Below, piece after piece: positions 56,950 to 64,000 of a stretch of DNA of 64,000 nucleotides (positions within the stretch are counted from its first letter, which is position 1; the number at the start of each line of letters is the position of its first letter). A program made the position numbers and the translations under genes. A model generated the notes under the pieces. It worked only from the letters and a program-made list of their open reading frames with translations. It searched no databases and was not told where the DNA came from. Source of the DNA: an uncultured Gammaproteobacteria bacterium (GTDB lineage: Bacteria; Patescibacteriota; Patescibacteriia; Magasanikbacterales; GWA2-37-8); the NCBI GenBank assembly GCA_964596525.1, contig CAZQUL010000001.1, forward strand, positions 524,830 through 588,829, read 5' to 3'.

Positions 56950-57702
56950 ATGCTTCCTATTGAATTTCAGAAAGCGATCGAGAAACTAAAAAAACTCGCG
57001 GAATATGATGAATACCGCGGCGCGTTCGTATTTGGGTCAGCGGCGCGCGACGAAGTGACGGAAGATAGTGATCTTGATGTCAAAGTGCTCGTTGCCGGGG
57101 AAAACGCGTGCGAGCAGATCAATCATCCGTTTATCGGGAGTATCAAGCTCGATTTGACGTTTCAAACCGAAAAAACCATGGCCGATCAGATTGATGCGAA
57201 CGTAAAAAGCAATCGCGTGCCGATGATTGCTGAATCGCTGATTTTGTTTGATAAAGACGGTACGGTGACACGTTTAAAAAAAGAATCTTTGGCAGCGCGA
57301 GCGCGGAAATTTACTCCGGAGGAGTATCAACTGCAGCAGTTTTTGATCTATCATCTCAACGATAAAGTGGAGAGAAACCTGCTCAAAGAACCATCAGCGT
57401 CTCTTCTTTCGATGAATATCGGATTGAATGATCTTTTTAAAATCCATTACGGTCTTGCCGGGCGGTGGTGGGTGAGTAGTAAACGATTGTTGCGCGATTT
57501 GAAGACCTGGGATGTTGCAGCTGCAGAATTACTTGAGCGTTTGCTGGTGGCTCCTGATGTTAAGTCTAAGTTTCCCATCTGGAGTAAGCTCATTGACCAT
57601 ATTACAACCCCGATGGGCGGACGAATGCCTATTGAAGATAATATCTGCGCCTGTCCGATATGTTCAGCGCATCTTGCGTCACTCGCTGAGATCGGACGAT
57701 GA
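56950..57702 (+). CDS. Nucleotidyltransferase-fold protein (Pol-beta superfamily; ANT/Lnu-like, possibly an antibiotic nucleotidyltransferase)
   Basis: GAFVFGSAARDEVTEDSDLDVKVLV is the G-S-x9-13-D-x-D minimal NTase motif. It sits next to a TipAL-type regulator. Confidence 0.55.
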   Translation: MLPIEFQKAIEKLKKLAEYDEYRGAFVFGSAARDEVTEDSDLDVKVLVAGENACEQINHPFIGSIKLDLTFQTEKTMADQIDANVKSNRVPMIAESLILFDKDGTVTRLKKESLAARARKFTPEEYQLQQFLIYHLNDKVERNLLKEPSASLLSMNIGLNDLFKIHYGLAGRWWVSSKRLLRDLKTWDVAAAELLERLLVAPDVKSKFPIWSKLIDHITTPMGGRMPIEDNICACPICSAHLASLAEIGR

Positions 57703-58233
57703 AGACTGTAGGTCTGCAGTTCGAACTTTCTTTTTCGTCTGCCGCCAGAGAAAAAGCCATGTGATGATAAGTGCCGTGTAGTTGGTAATCAAAAACCAGC
57801 GCACGCCCCAGGAGAAGCCGTAGGGAAAGTGGTACGACGAGAGCGGGAAAAAGAGCGGGGTAGGGAAGAATTCGGTAGTGTGGGTGGGGATATCGATGAG
57901 GATGTGGCCGAGCCAGGCGAGAAGCTCGTAGCGCGGGCGGCGGAAAAACATCCAGACGATGATAAATACCATGGCCCAGATGATGAGGCTGTGGCTGTAG
58001 TTGTACAGATCGAGGGCAAGGGCGAACTGCGGGGCATCGTGGTTGCGGACGAACTCAGTTTGGGGGTGCCCGGAGAGAAGGTTGTAGAAGCGTGTGGCAA
58101 AGGGAATGGTGAATGCGAACATGTCGGGGAACACGCCCCAGAACGTAGTCCAGCCGATTGAGATGGGCTGGTTTTTATTTTTGGCGAAACGGGCTCCGGC
58201 GGCCGACCAGAACCCGTGGGCAAAGACGTCCAT
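57679..58233 (-). CDS. Membrane-bound metal-dependent hydrolase-like protein (YdjM/DUF457 type)
   Basis: 184-aa polytopic protein with the His-rich motifs HGFWS, HSLIIW and HILIDIPTH that are typical of this family. Confidence 0.5.
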   Translation of the reverse strand: MDVFAHGFWSAAGARFAKNKNQPISIGWTTFWGVFPDMFAFTIPFATRFYNLLSGHPQTEFVRNHDAPQFALALDLYNYSHSLIIWAMVFIIVWMFFRRPRYELLAWLGHILIDIPTHTTEFFPTPLFFPLSSYHFPYGFSWGVRWFLITNYTALIITWLFLWRQTKKKVRTADLQSSSSDLSE

Positions 58234-58344
58234 AAAATGTAGATTATGTGGTAAGTATAGTATACCTGTTTCAGGTGTGGCAGAAAATCGGGCGAAAATA
58301 AAAACCCTTCGCGGGGCGAGAGGGTGGTTTCATCATTGGCATAT

Positions 58345-58656
58345 CTAGCGAACTGGAGCGGTGTTGCGGAAGAGGGTTTCGATGCTGGCGTTGACCCGCG
58401 GCGTCTTCGACATGACGAACGTGCCGGCGAAGTGCGTATCGAGGAAATCTTCAAAGGCGGTTTCGAGAGCCAAGCGCTTCACTTCGTCGTCGCGGTTGGT
58501 GACCGAGAGTTGCGAGTGTCCCTGGGCGTACTCATCGAGAATGACCGTCTCCATGGTGCCCTTGGTCCTCAGCTCTTCCTTCCACCAGGCCTGTTTGGCG
58601 TTAATAGCGGCTTCCAGGTTCTGAAAAATGAAGTACTTGGCTTTGATAGCAGGCAT
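58345..58656 (-). CDS. Small hypothetical protein (103 aa)
   Basis: ORF with a plausible codon composition and no recognised motif. It might be a stress-responsive alpha+beta barrel-like protein. Confidence 0.35.
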   Translation of the reverse strand: MPAIKAKYFIFQNLEAAINAKQAWWKEELRTKGTMETVILDEYAQGHSQLSVTNRDDEVKRLALETAFEDFLDTHFAGTFVMSKTPRVNASIETLFRNTAPVR

Positions 58657-58852
58657 CGTGTTCTCCCTTCTTTTTTGGTTTTTGTTCGGAGTACAAAATA
58701 TGAACTAATGTTGGCAAGGCAGGGACGACAGGTGATCTTGGCTTTTCTTCTCGATTCTGTCTAGACATGGTTTCTGGTTTTAAACTGATAAGTGCAGTAA
58801 GCTATTAAATACTTATAGATTAAAAACAACTTATTTTTTATACATTTTATGT

Positions 58853-59275
58853 ATGTCCTTCTCATCAACCGCTACTGCTTTTATTAACGCCTCGCCGGCC
58901 AAAGTCTGGGATGCGCTTACGAATCCGGTCCTTATCAAGCAGTATCTTTATGGCACTGAAGCGACGTCTGACTGGCGCGTCGGCAGTTCGATTAGCTATA
59001 AAGGAATGTGGGAAGGAAAACCGTACGAAGATAAAGGAACGATACGCGAGCTTATCCCGGAGCACTTGCTTGTTTGCACGTATTACAGCGGTTTTTCTGG
59101 CATGCCGGATGTTCCGGAGAACTATTGGACGATCACGTATCGTTTAGTGTCCAAAGACGGCGGCACTGAACTTAGCATTACGTCGGCGAACGTGCCAACG
59201 CAAGAGCGGGCCGATCATTCCGCGAAAAATTGGGAGTCGGTCATGGGGATGATGAAAAAAATACTTGAAGGATAA
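58853..59275 (+). CDS. SRPBCC-superfamily protein (Aha1/Bet v1-like fold)
   Basis: INASPAKVWDALTNPVLIKQYLYG is the characteristic N-terminal beta-strand/helix signature of AHSA1/SRPBCC proteins. Confidence 0.65.
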   Translation: MSFSSTATAFINASPAKVWDALTNPVLIKQYLYGTEATSDWRVGSSISYKGMWEGKPYEDKGTIRELIPEHLLVCTYYSGFSGMPDVPENYWTITYRLVSKDGGTELSITSANVPTQERADHSAKNWESVMGMMKKILEG

Positions 59276-59282
59276 ATTACGC

Positions 59283-59903
59283 ATGTCGACCGCTCATATT
59301 CTTTCTCATTTCGAACGCGTTGATCCGCTTTTGGCGGCTGCGTTCAAAACTATGCAGCGCGGAGTTCTAGTGCCCAATCTCGATCACACGACGTATTTTT
59401 CTCGTCTCACCCACGAAATCATCGGTCAGCAACTTTCGGGTAAGGCGGCCGATACTATTATTGGGCGATTTCTCAGTCTGTTTCCGAATCGGCTCGTAAC
59501 GCCGGAAGGCGTTCTGGCGCGGACCGAAGACGAACTCCGGGCGGTTGGCATGTCGTGGGCGAAAGTCCGGTACGTGCGTGATCTGGCGAGCAAAGTAGTA
59601 CAGAAAGAATTAATTTTTGATGATTTTTCAACCTTGTCGGATGTGCTCGTTATCGAACGGTTGCGGACTGTGAAAGGCATCGGCATGTGGACCGCGGAGA
59701 TGTTTTTACTTTTTACACTCGGGCGAGAAGATGTGTTTTCGTTCGGCGATTTGACGCTCAAGAAAGGTTTAGAGCGCATCTACGGCAAACATCGTACGGC
59801 GACCAAACGGCGGGTGGAGAATATAACGGAACGCTGGGCGCCCTACCGCAGTTATGGTAGTCTGGCGTTATGGCATGTTTTGGATTCAGAAAAATCTTCG
59901 TAA
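59283..59903 (+). CDS. HhH-GPD family DNA glycosylase (AlkA/3-methyladenine DNA glycosylase II-like)
   Basis: The helix-hairpin-helix LRTVKGIGMWTAEMFLLFTLGREDVFSFGD ends with the catalytic Asp, matching the AlkA/Mag pattern. Confidence 0.7.
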   Translation: MSTAHILSHFERVDPLLAAAFKTMQRGVLVPNLDHTTYFSRLTHEIIGQQLSGKAADTIIGRFLSLFPNRLVTPEGVLARTEDELRAVGMSWAKVRYVRDLASKVVQKELIFDDFSTLSDVLVIERLRTVKGIGMWTAEMFLLFTLGREDVFSFGDLTLKKGLERIYGKHRTATKRRVENITERWAPYRSYGSLALWHVLDSEKSS

Positions 59904-59920
59904 CATGTAGTTTAAGTACT

Positions 59921-60544
59921 ATGGTAAAATTTTTTTTGGCATCAATCGCTGTAATATGTAGTGTGGGTGCCGGTTGCGCTCGTTCCCCGTCGGGAACGCT
60001 AGTTGTACCCTCAACACCCGCAAACGCTTTTACGTTTTCGTGGGCCGATGCGCGCGCCGAGGTTTCTTTTTCCAACGGCGTAACGGTGCGCCGCTGCGGC
60101 GAAGGTGATGCGCCGATTGTATGCGCGTTTACGGGCACCGATCCGCGCGGCCAGATGGAATTGAACACCTATGATACGTCCCATGATGAAACCGTGTTAA
60201 CGCTCGAGGAACGTATCGCCGATTATTATGCTAATATCGGCGCTGATCGGCGAACGTGCGGGGCCGGTTTTGCGGTAAATACTTCGACGCCGCGCAAAAT
60301 GACCGTCGCCGGTCGTGAAGGGCTTAAGGCTGAACTTACGGTGCGTGACAAAGCCGGGCGGATGGTGGAATACTACGCGCTTTATTTTGCTGAACGTGGC
60401 AAGCAGTTGAGTGTCTTTACTATTTCGGCCTACGAGACCGGTGGGTGCTTGAGTTCTGAGGTGCCTTATACCACCATTAAAAATTTTGAAACCTACGCCC
60501 GCGAACCATTTGAGCAGGTGGTAGGAAGAAGTAGTGTACCGTAA
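59921..60544 (+). CDS. Lipoprotein, hypothetical
   Basis: MVKFFLASIAVICSVGAGCA has an AGC lipobox. Confidence 0.5.
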   Translation: MVKFFLASIAVICSVGAGCARSPSGTLVVPSTPANAFTFSWADARAEVSFSNGVTVRRCGEGDAPIVCAFTGTDPRGQMELNTYDTSHDETVLTLEERIADYYANIGADRRTCGAGFAVNTSTPRKMTVAGREGLKAELTVRDKAGRMVEYYALYFAERGKQLSVFTISAYETGGCLSSEVPYTTIKNFETYAREPFEQVVGRSSVP

Positions 60545-60547
60545 CTT

Positions 60548-61258
60548 ATGTCCACGGCTATCAGTATTATTGAAGAACTTGAAAAAATAAAAGATCCAGT
60601 GCGAGCTCGTATCCTTGCGCGATTTTTTAAAACCGGTAAGGGTGAGTACGGCGAAGGCGATGAGTTTATAGGTTTAACCGTTCCTCAGGTTCGTGCTGTT
60701 GCGAAAAAGAATCGCAAGCTGCCGTTTAAAGAACTAATCAAACTCTTAAAATCATCTGAACATGAGGCTCGGTTGACCGCGCTCGTCATTATGGTAGAGC
60801 GTTTCAAAAAAGCGCCAGAGAATGAACGTAAAGAGCTCTGCGAAGCGTATCTCGCCCATACGCGATGGGTTAATAATTGGGATTTGGTCGATACGAGCGC
60901 CGAGCATATCGTGGGCGGGTTTTTGATGGATAAACCTAAGAAGATTTTAACTGAGCTTGCGCGATCGAAGAATGTATGGGAGCGCCGTATCGCGATCATG
61001 GCGACGTTTCATTTTATTAAACGCGGTGAATCGGAAGAAACCCTGCGTATCGCAAAGCTGCTGTTGAACGATCGGCACGACCTCATCCATAAAGCCGTTG
61101 GTTGGATGCTGCGTGAAGTGGGAAAGCGCTGTGCCCGTTCCGTCGAGGAAGAATTTTTGCGCACGTATTACAAAACCATGCCGCGCACCATGCTTCGCTA
61201 CGCGATTGAGCATTTTCCTGCAGCGCATCGCAAAGCTTATTTGCATGGGGTACTTTAA
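60548..61258 (+). CDS. DNA alkylation repair enzyme (AlkD/AlkC-like HEAT-repeat glycosylase)
   Basis: FFKTGKGEYGEGDEFIGLTVPQVRAVAKK...WVNNWDLVDTSAEHIVG...NVWERRIAIMATFHFIKRG...WMLREVGKR matches the DNA_alkylation family (PF08713) hallmarks, including the catalytic W-x-D region. Confidence 0.75.
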   Translation: MSTAISIIEELEKIKDPVRARILARFFKTGKGEYGEGDEFIGLTVPQVRAVAKKNRKLPFKELIKLLKSSEHEARLTALVIMVERFKKAPENERKELCEAYLAHTRWVNNWDLVDTSAEHIVGGFLMDKPKKILTELARSKNVWERRIAIMATFHFIKRGESEETLRIAKLLLNDRHDLIHKAVGWMLREVGKRCARSVEEEFLRTYYKTMPRTMLRYAIEHFPAAHRKAYLHGVL

Positions 61259-61271
61259 TTTTTATTTCTTT

Positions 61272-61964
61272 ATGAAAAAAGCGTTTTTGGTTCTTGTCTC
61301 CCTTTTTGTTTTAGGTGCTGGTTGTAGATCGTCAATGCATGAGAAGAAGGAAGTTACACCGACATCCACCGTACCGGTGGTTGAGCTTCCAACCGCGCCG
61401 GAGCGGATTATTGGGAATCTTGTAATGGGTACGACAACGCAGCGCTGGAAAGAATACCGCGACCCGAAATACGGTTTTACCATCAAGATTCCTACAACAA
61501 ACACTATAAAAGTCGCACCGCGCGTGAATGGCCAAGGTCTGCCGCTTGAGCTGCCCGAAGGGAACGTTGTTGAAGCGGAAGCGACGGTATCTGCTGGTAC
61601 GACGCAGCTTTTGTGGTTCGCTATTTTCCAGAAACCGCATGCGGATTTGGAAAATTACGTGAAAAGCGCGGTCGATGACAGTCGCAAACAGGAAGCGACG
61701 GCAACGCCCGGTACGTTATACCGCCGCATGTTTTTCAGCACCACAAGCATCAACGGTGCGCCGGCGTACCTGGTACAGTATCGCTATATCAACGGCCAGT
61801 CCTCGGCGCAACAGATCTATCTGCAAGACAAGAATCATGTCTATTTATTCGTATACCTTGACCGTGCCTGCACCGATAAAACCCAGCCGGCAGCGACATG
61901 CCCCACGTTTAACCAGGGAGACATGGCGGAGCGCATCCTCTCTACGTTCCGCATCAAGAAATGA
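61272..61964 (+). CDS. Lipoprotein, hypothetical
   Basis: MKKAFLVLVSLFVLGAGCRS has a lipobox. About 230-aa product. Confidence 0.5.
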   Translation: MKKAFLVLVSLFVLGAGCRSSMHEKKEVTPTSTVPVVELPTAPERIIGNLVMGTTTQRWKEYRDPKYGFTIKIPTTNTIKVAPRVNGQGLPLELPEGNVVEAEATVSAGTTQLLWFAIFQKPHADLENYVKSAVDDSRKQEATATPGTLYRRMFFSTTSINGAPAYLVQYRYINGQSSAQQIYLQDKNHVYLFVYLDRACTDKTQPAATCPTFNQGDMAERILSTFRIKK

Positions 61965-62828
61965 TTAATCGAATTTAAAGGCGAGATAGACGAAACTGTT
62001 GAGGCTGATGAGGGTGGCAATGATAATGAGGGCGGCGCAGATCTTGGGCGACGCTCCGAGATAATCCCGCACCTTTTTGGGTAACAGAGAAAAAATAAGG
62101 GTAAAGAATGCAATAAAGATAAGAAAGTTCAGACAGTGCCAGAGTGTCATCAGCACCCAGTCGCCAAATGCAGGTGTGGCGTAGCTGTAATAAAACGCGG
62201 TAAAAGGAAATCCGCCCTGGCCGTATGCTTGTCCGGGTAGAGCAATGGTTTGTCCGCTTTTAAATGAGCTTGCCAGGGTGAGCCAGGTGACGATAATCGC
62301 CGGGCAGATAATCAGCGCACTCAGACGTGTTGCAGGAATCTGCGGACTAAGGCGTGGCTGCACAATGCGCGTGATGAAGAAATGGGGGAAGAGCGCAGTC
62401 GCTGTCATGAGGTAGAAATAAGGGGAAACGATGGTCATTATAATTCCAACAATGGCTAGGAAGAATGGAAAAAGTACGATCTGCAGGATTTCGTCGAGAG
62501 TTTCGTTTTTCGATTTGTAGAAGTACAGCAAGAGAAATTGCACAATGCTGATGAGAACGCTTGCAATGATGATTTTAAGCAAGAACCGTTGGCGGCGTTC
62601 TTGTTTTGAACACTCAAAAAGTTCTTGGCCGATAAACCTTTCATCGCCAAAACAGTCTTTAACTTTAGCTAAAGCTTCTTGACTGTTTAATCCGTCGAGC
62701 GCGGCTTCGTGGGCAAGGGTTTCGATATGGGAACGCAGTTCCTGCTCGAGTTCGGTTTTTTTGCGGCCGCGATAACCGGAGCGCTCGACAATGGTTGCAA
62801 GGTATTTCTCGAGTTCGGGGGCGAGCAT
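61965..62828 (-). CDS. PadR-associated membrane protein (DUF1700/HAAS-like N-terminal helical domain plus C-terminal polytopic domain)
   Basis: The start ATG almost overlaps the PadR stop. MLAPELEKYLATIVERSGYRGRKKTELEQELRSHIETLAHEAALDGLNSQEALAKV matches the DUF1700 opening. Multiple TM helices follow. Confidence 0.6.
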   Translation of the reverse strand: MLAPELEKYLATIVERSGYRGRKKTELEQELRSHIETLAHEAALDGLNSQEALAKVKDCFGDERFIGQELFECSKQERRQRFLLKIIIASVLISIVQFLLLYFYKSKNETLDEILQIVLFPFFLAIVGIIMTIVSPYFYLMTATALFPHFFITRIVQPRLSPQIPATRLSALIICPAIIVTWLTLASSFKSGQTIALPGQAYGQGGFPFTAFYYSYATPAFGDWVLMTLWHCLNFLIFIAFFTLIFSLLPKKVRDYLGASPKICAALIIIATLISLNSFVYLAFKFD

Positions 62829-62829
62829 A

Positions 62830-63159
62830 TTAGACGGTGCCAAGGATAGCGTTGACCGCGGTCGTGAACCGCTGCCATTCGACTTTGGCTTTTTCCAAAT
62901 GCCCGGCGCCTTTGGCGGTGAGACGGTAATATTTGCGGTCCGGACCTTTGTCTTGCGCCACCCAACGACTTTTAAGAAATCCTTTAGCTTCGAGTTCGTG
63001 GAGCGCGGGGTACACCGTGCCTTCGCCGAGCGTGATGAGTTCTTTGCTTTTGAAGCGCAGCGCTTTGACGATTTCGTAGCCGTAGAGTTCTTGTTCGGAG
63101 AGGATGGCGAGAAGCAGTTGGCGCGTGGTGCCTTTGAGGAGTTCGGAGGAGAAATGCAT
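62830..63159 (-). CDS. PadR-family transcriptional regulator
   Basis: LLLAILSEQELYGYEIVKALRFKS...GTVYPALHELEAKGFLKSRW...KYYRLTAKG is the classic PadR winged-helix signature. Confidence 0.9.
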   Translation of the reverse strand: MHFSSELLKGTTRQLLLAILSEQELYGYEIVKALRFKSKELITLGEGTVYPALHELEAKGFLKSRWVAQDKGPDRKYYRLTAKGAGHLEKAKVEWQRFTTAVNAILGTV

Positions 63160-63323
63160 AAAAAATGGTTTTTAAGAGTAGAGTGGGGGTATAATACATC
63201 GGATTGAGAGGTATGTAAAGGAAAGTGAAAAAATTCTGTACAACGAATCTTGACCTTGTGGAGTTTATCTGGTAGTATCAGCTGTTCTTTATGTAAACAC
63301 GTGAGATGAGAAAGGAGTGCGAG

Positions 63324-64000
63324 ATGCCTGCACCCATCGCGACCGACAAGACTCTGATCGACGTTTGCCGTGTACTTTGCAAGGGAGGCTGGCGCCTCAT
63401 AGGCGGTAAAGAGGCAAGGAGTTTTTTTGCCGGCAGGAACCGGATGGGCCGTGAAAGCCTCTGCCTTCTGGTTACGAACGCCGAAGTCTTTAAGGATGAC
63501 GGTGTAATGAACATCTTTCTGGCATACGGTCATCGGACCGAGGAGGGCGGGCGTATCAGGCATGACGAAGGCGCTCCGCCGCTGCACATCGGTGTTCCGC
63601 AAGATTGGGAAGTCGAGGTGTTCACGCCGGAGCGGATCGTCGTTTCTTTCTGCTACCACATCCGCCAAGAGAAGAAGCGTTCGGAGCGCAGCGGCCCCAA
63701 CGACCGCTATCGGACCATCTCAAAGTTCGAAACCGCTCTTGAGTTTGAGTACGTTGGTGAAGATGTGGCTGCTGATCTGCGCCGTATGGAAGAGCTTAAG
63801 GCGCTCGTGCGCTCGGAGCATGCCGCGAACGTCGACCGTTGGCGCGCTGAAGCCGAGCTTGAACTGCGCCGTTCAGCCGGACTTGTCGTTGCGGAGATCC
63901 GTAAGCCCCACGCCAACATCATCGAGATCGTCGGGACAGATGGGCGGGTCATCACCATTTCCAGCACTCCCGGGGTGGGCAGCCTTCTCATCGGGCCGCC
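63324..64000 (+). CDS. Hypothetical protein, 3'-truncated by the window end
   Basis: AAAGGAG RBS 7 nt upstream of the ATG at 63324. The frame is open to the end of the window (225 codons). It is absent from the ORF track only because no stop is reached. Confidence 0.5.
   Translation, partial: MPAPIATDKTLIDVCRVLCKGGWRLIGGKEARSFFAGRNRMGRESLCLLVTNAEVFKDDGVMNIFLAYGHRTEEGGRIRHDEGAPPLHIGVPQDWEVEVFTPERIVVSFCYHIRQEKKRSERSGPNDRYRTISKFETALEFEYVGEDVAADLRRMEELKALVRSEHAANVDRWRAEAELELRRSAGLVVAEIRKPHANIIEIVGTDGRVITISSTPGVGSLLIGP

Noticed and set aside
61965-63668. 567-aa minus-strand ORF reported as one gene
   Set aside because: Its upstream ~280 codons overlap the unmistakable PadR gene (62830..63159) in another frame and have a Ser/Arg/Lys-rich antisense-like composition. 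Only the downstream part from the ATG at about 62828 (the DUF1700-like membrane protein) is retained as a CDS.
63707-63991. 94-aa minus-strand ORF at the window end
   Set aside because: Ser/Arg-rich with no RBS. The plus strand has an SD-preceded ATG at 63324 with a frame open to the window end, which is the more plausible gene.
1-64000. CRISPR arrays, rRNA genes, integrases/transposases and prophage structural genes
   Set aside because: No regularly spaced direct repeats were seen, nor rRNA-like conserved blocks or recombinase/transposase motifs. The only longer direct repeats are the promoter modules and the uvrB insertion motif reported above.

Overview
This 64-kb window looks like part of a small bacterial genome of the CPR/Patescibacteria (episymbiont) type. 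Bulk GC is roughly 52-56%. Gene spacing is tight, UGA is used as a normal stop codon, and there are no rRNA genes and no CRISPR array. Housekeeping content includes a yidC 3' end, an rpsF-ssb-rpsR-rplA block (no rplI or rplK nearby), uvrA, uvrB, prfB, ksgA/rsmA, a SEDS (RodA/FtsW) gene, RNase P RNA and tRNA-Ser(GCU). A three-gene exopolysaccharide/glycosylation cluster (two GT1 glycosyltransferases and a polyprenyl-phosphate sugar transferase) sits on the minus strand at 10.6-14.6 kb. Accessory content is dense. Several secreted or lipoprotein genes have clearly elevated GC (about 62-75%); three of them share a near-identical TTGACA-type promoter motif. A very high-GC island (about 17.9-18.95 kb) holds two tandem paralogous ~100-aa proteins, each with its own promoter and terminator. 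A run of paralogous secreted and cytoplasmic families lies at 21.5-25.5 kb. A single 8,049-nt ORF encodes a 2,682-aa cysteine-rich surface protein. It is followed by a compact type IV secretion-like/competence operon: a VirB6/TrbL-like 1,057-aa protein, a VirB3-like 2-TM protein, a VirB4 ATPase split into two ORFs by a frameshift, and ComFC. A eukaryote-like GAMT-type methyltransferase, an AdoMetDC-like pyruvoyl decarboxylase and a GNAT gene sit between a response regulator and a sensor kinase. A resistance/repair cluster follows (TipAL-like MerR regulator, nucleotidyltransferase, AlkA-like and AlkD-like glycosylases, PadR plus membrane partner). uvrB carries two in-frame insertions built from a repeated short inverted-repeat nucleotide motif. 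All calls are from reading the ORF translations and the nucleotide sequence by eye; coordinates of small motifs may be off by 1-2 nt.
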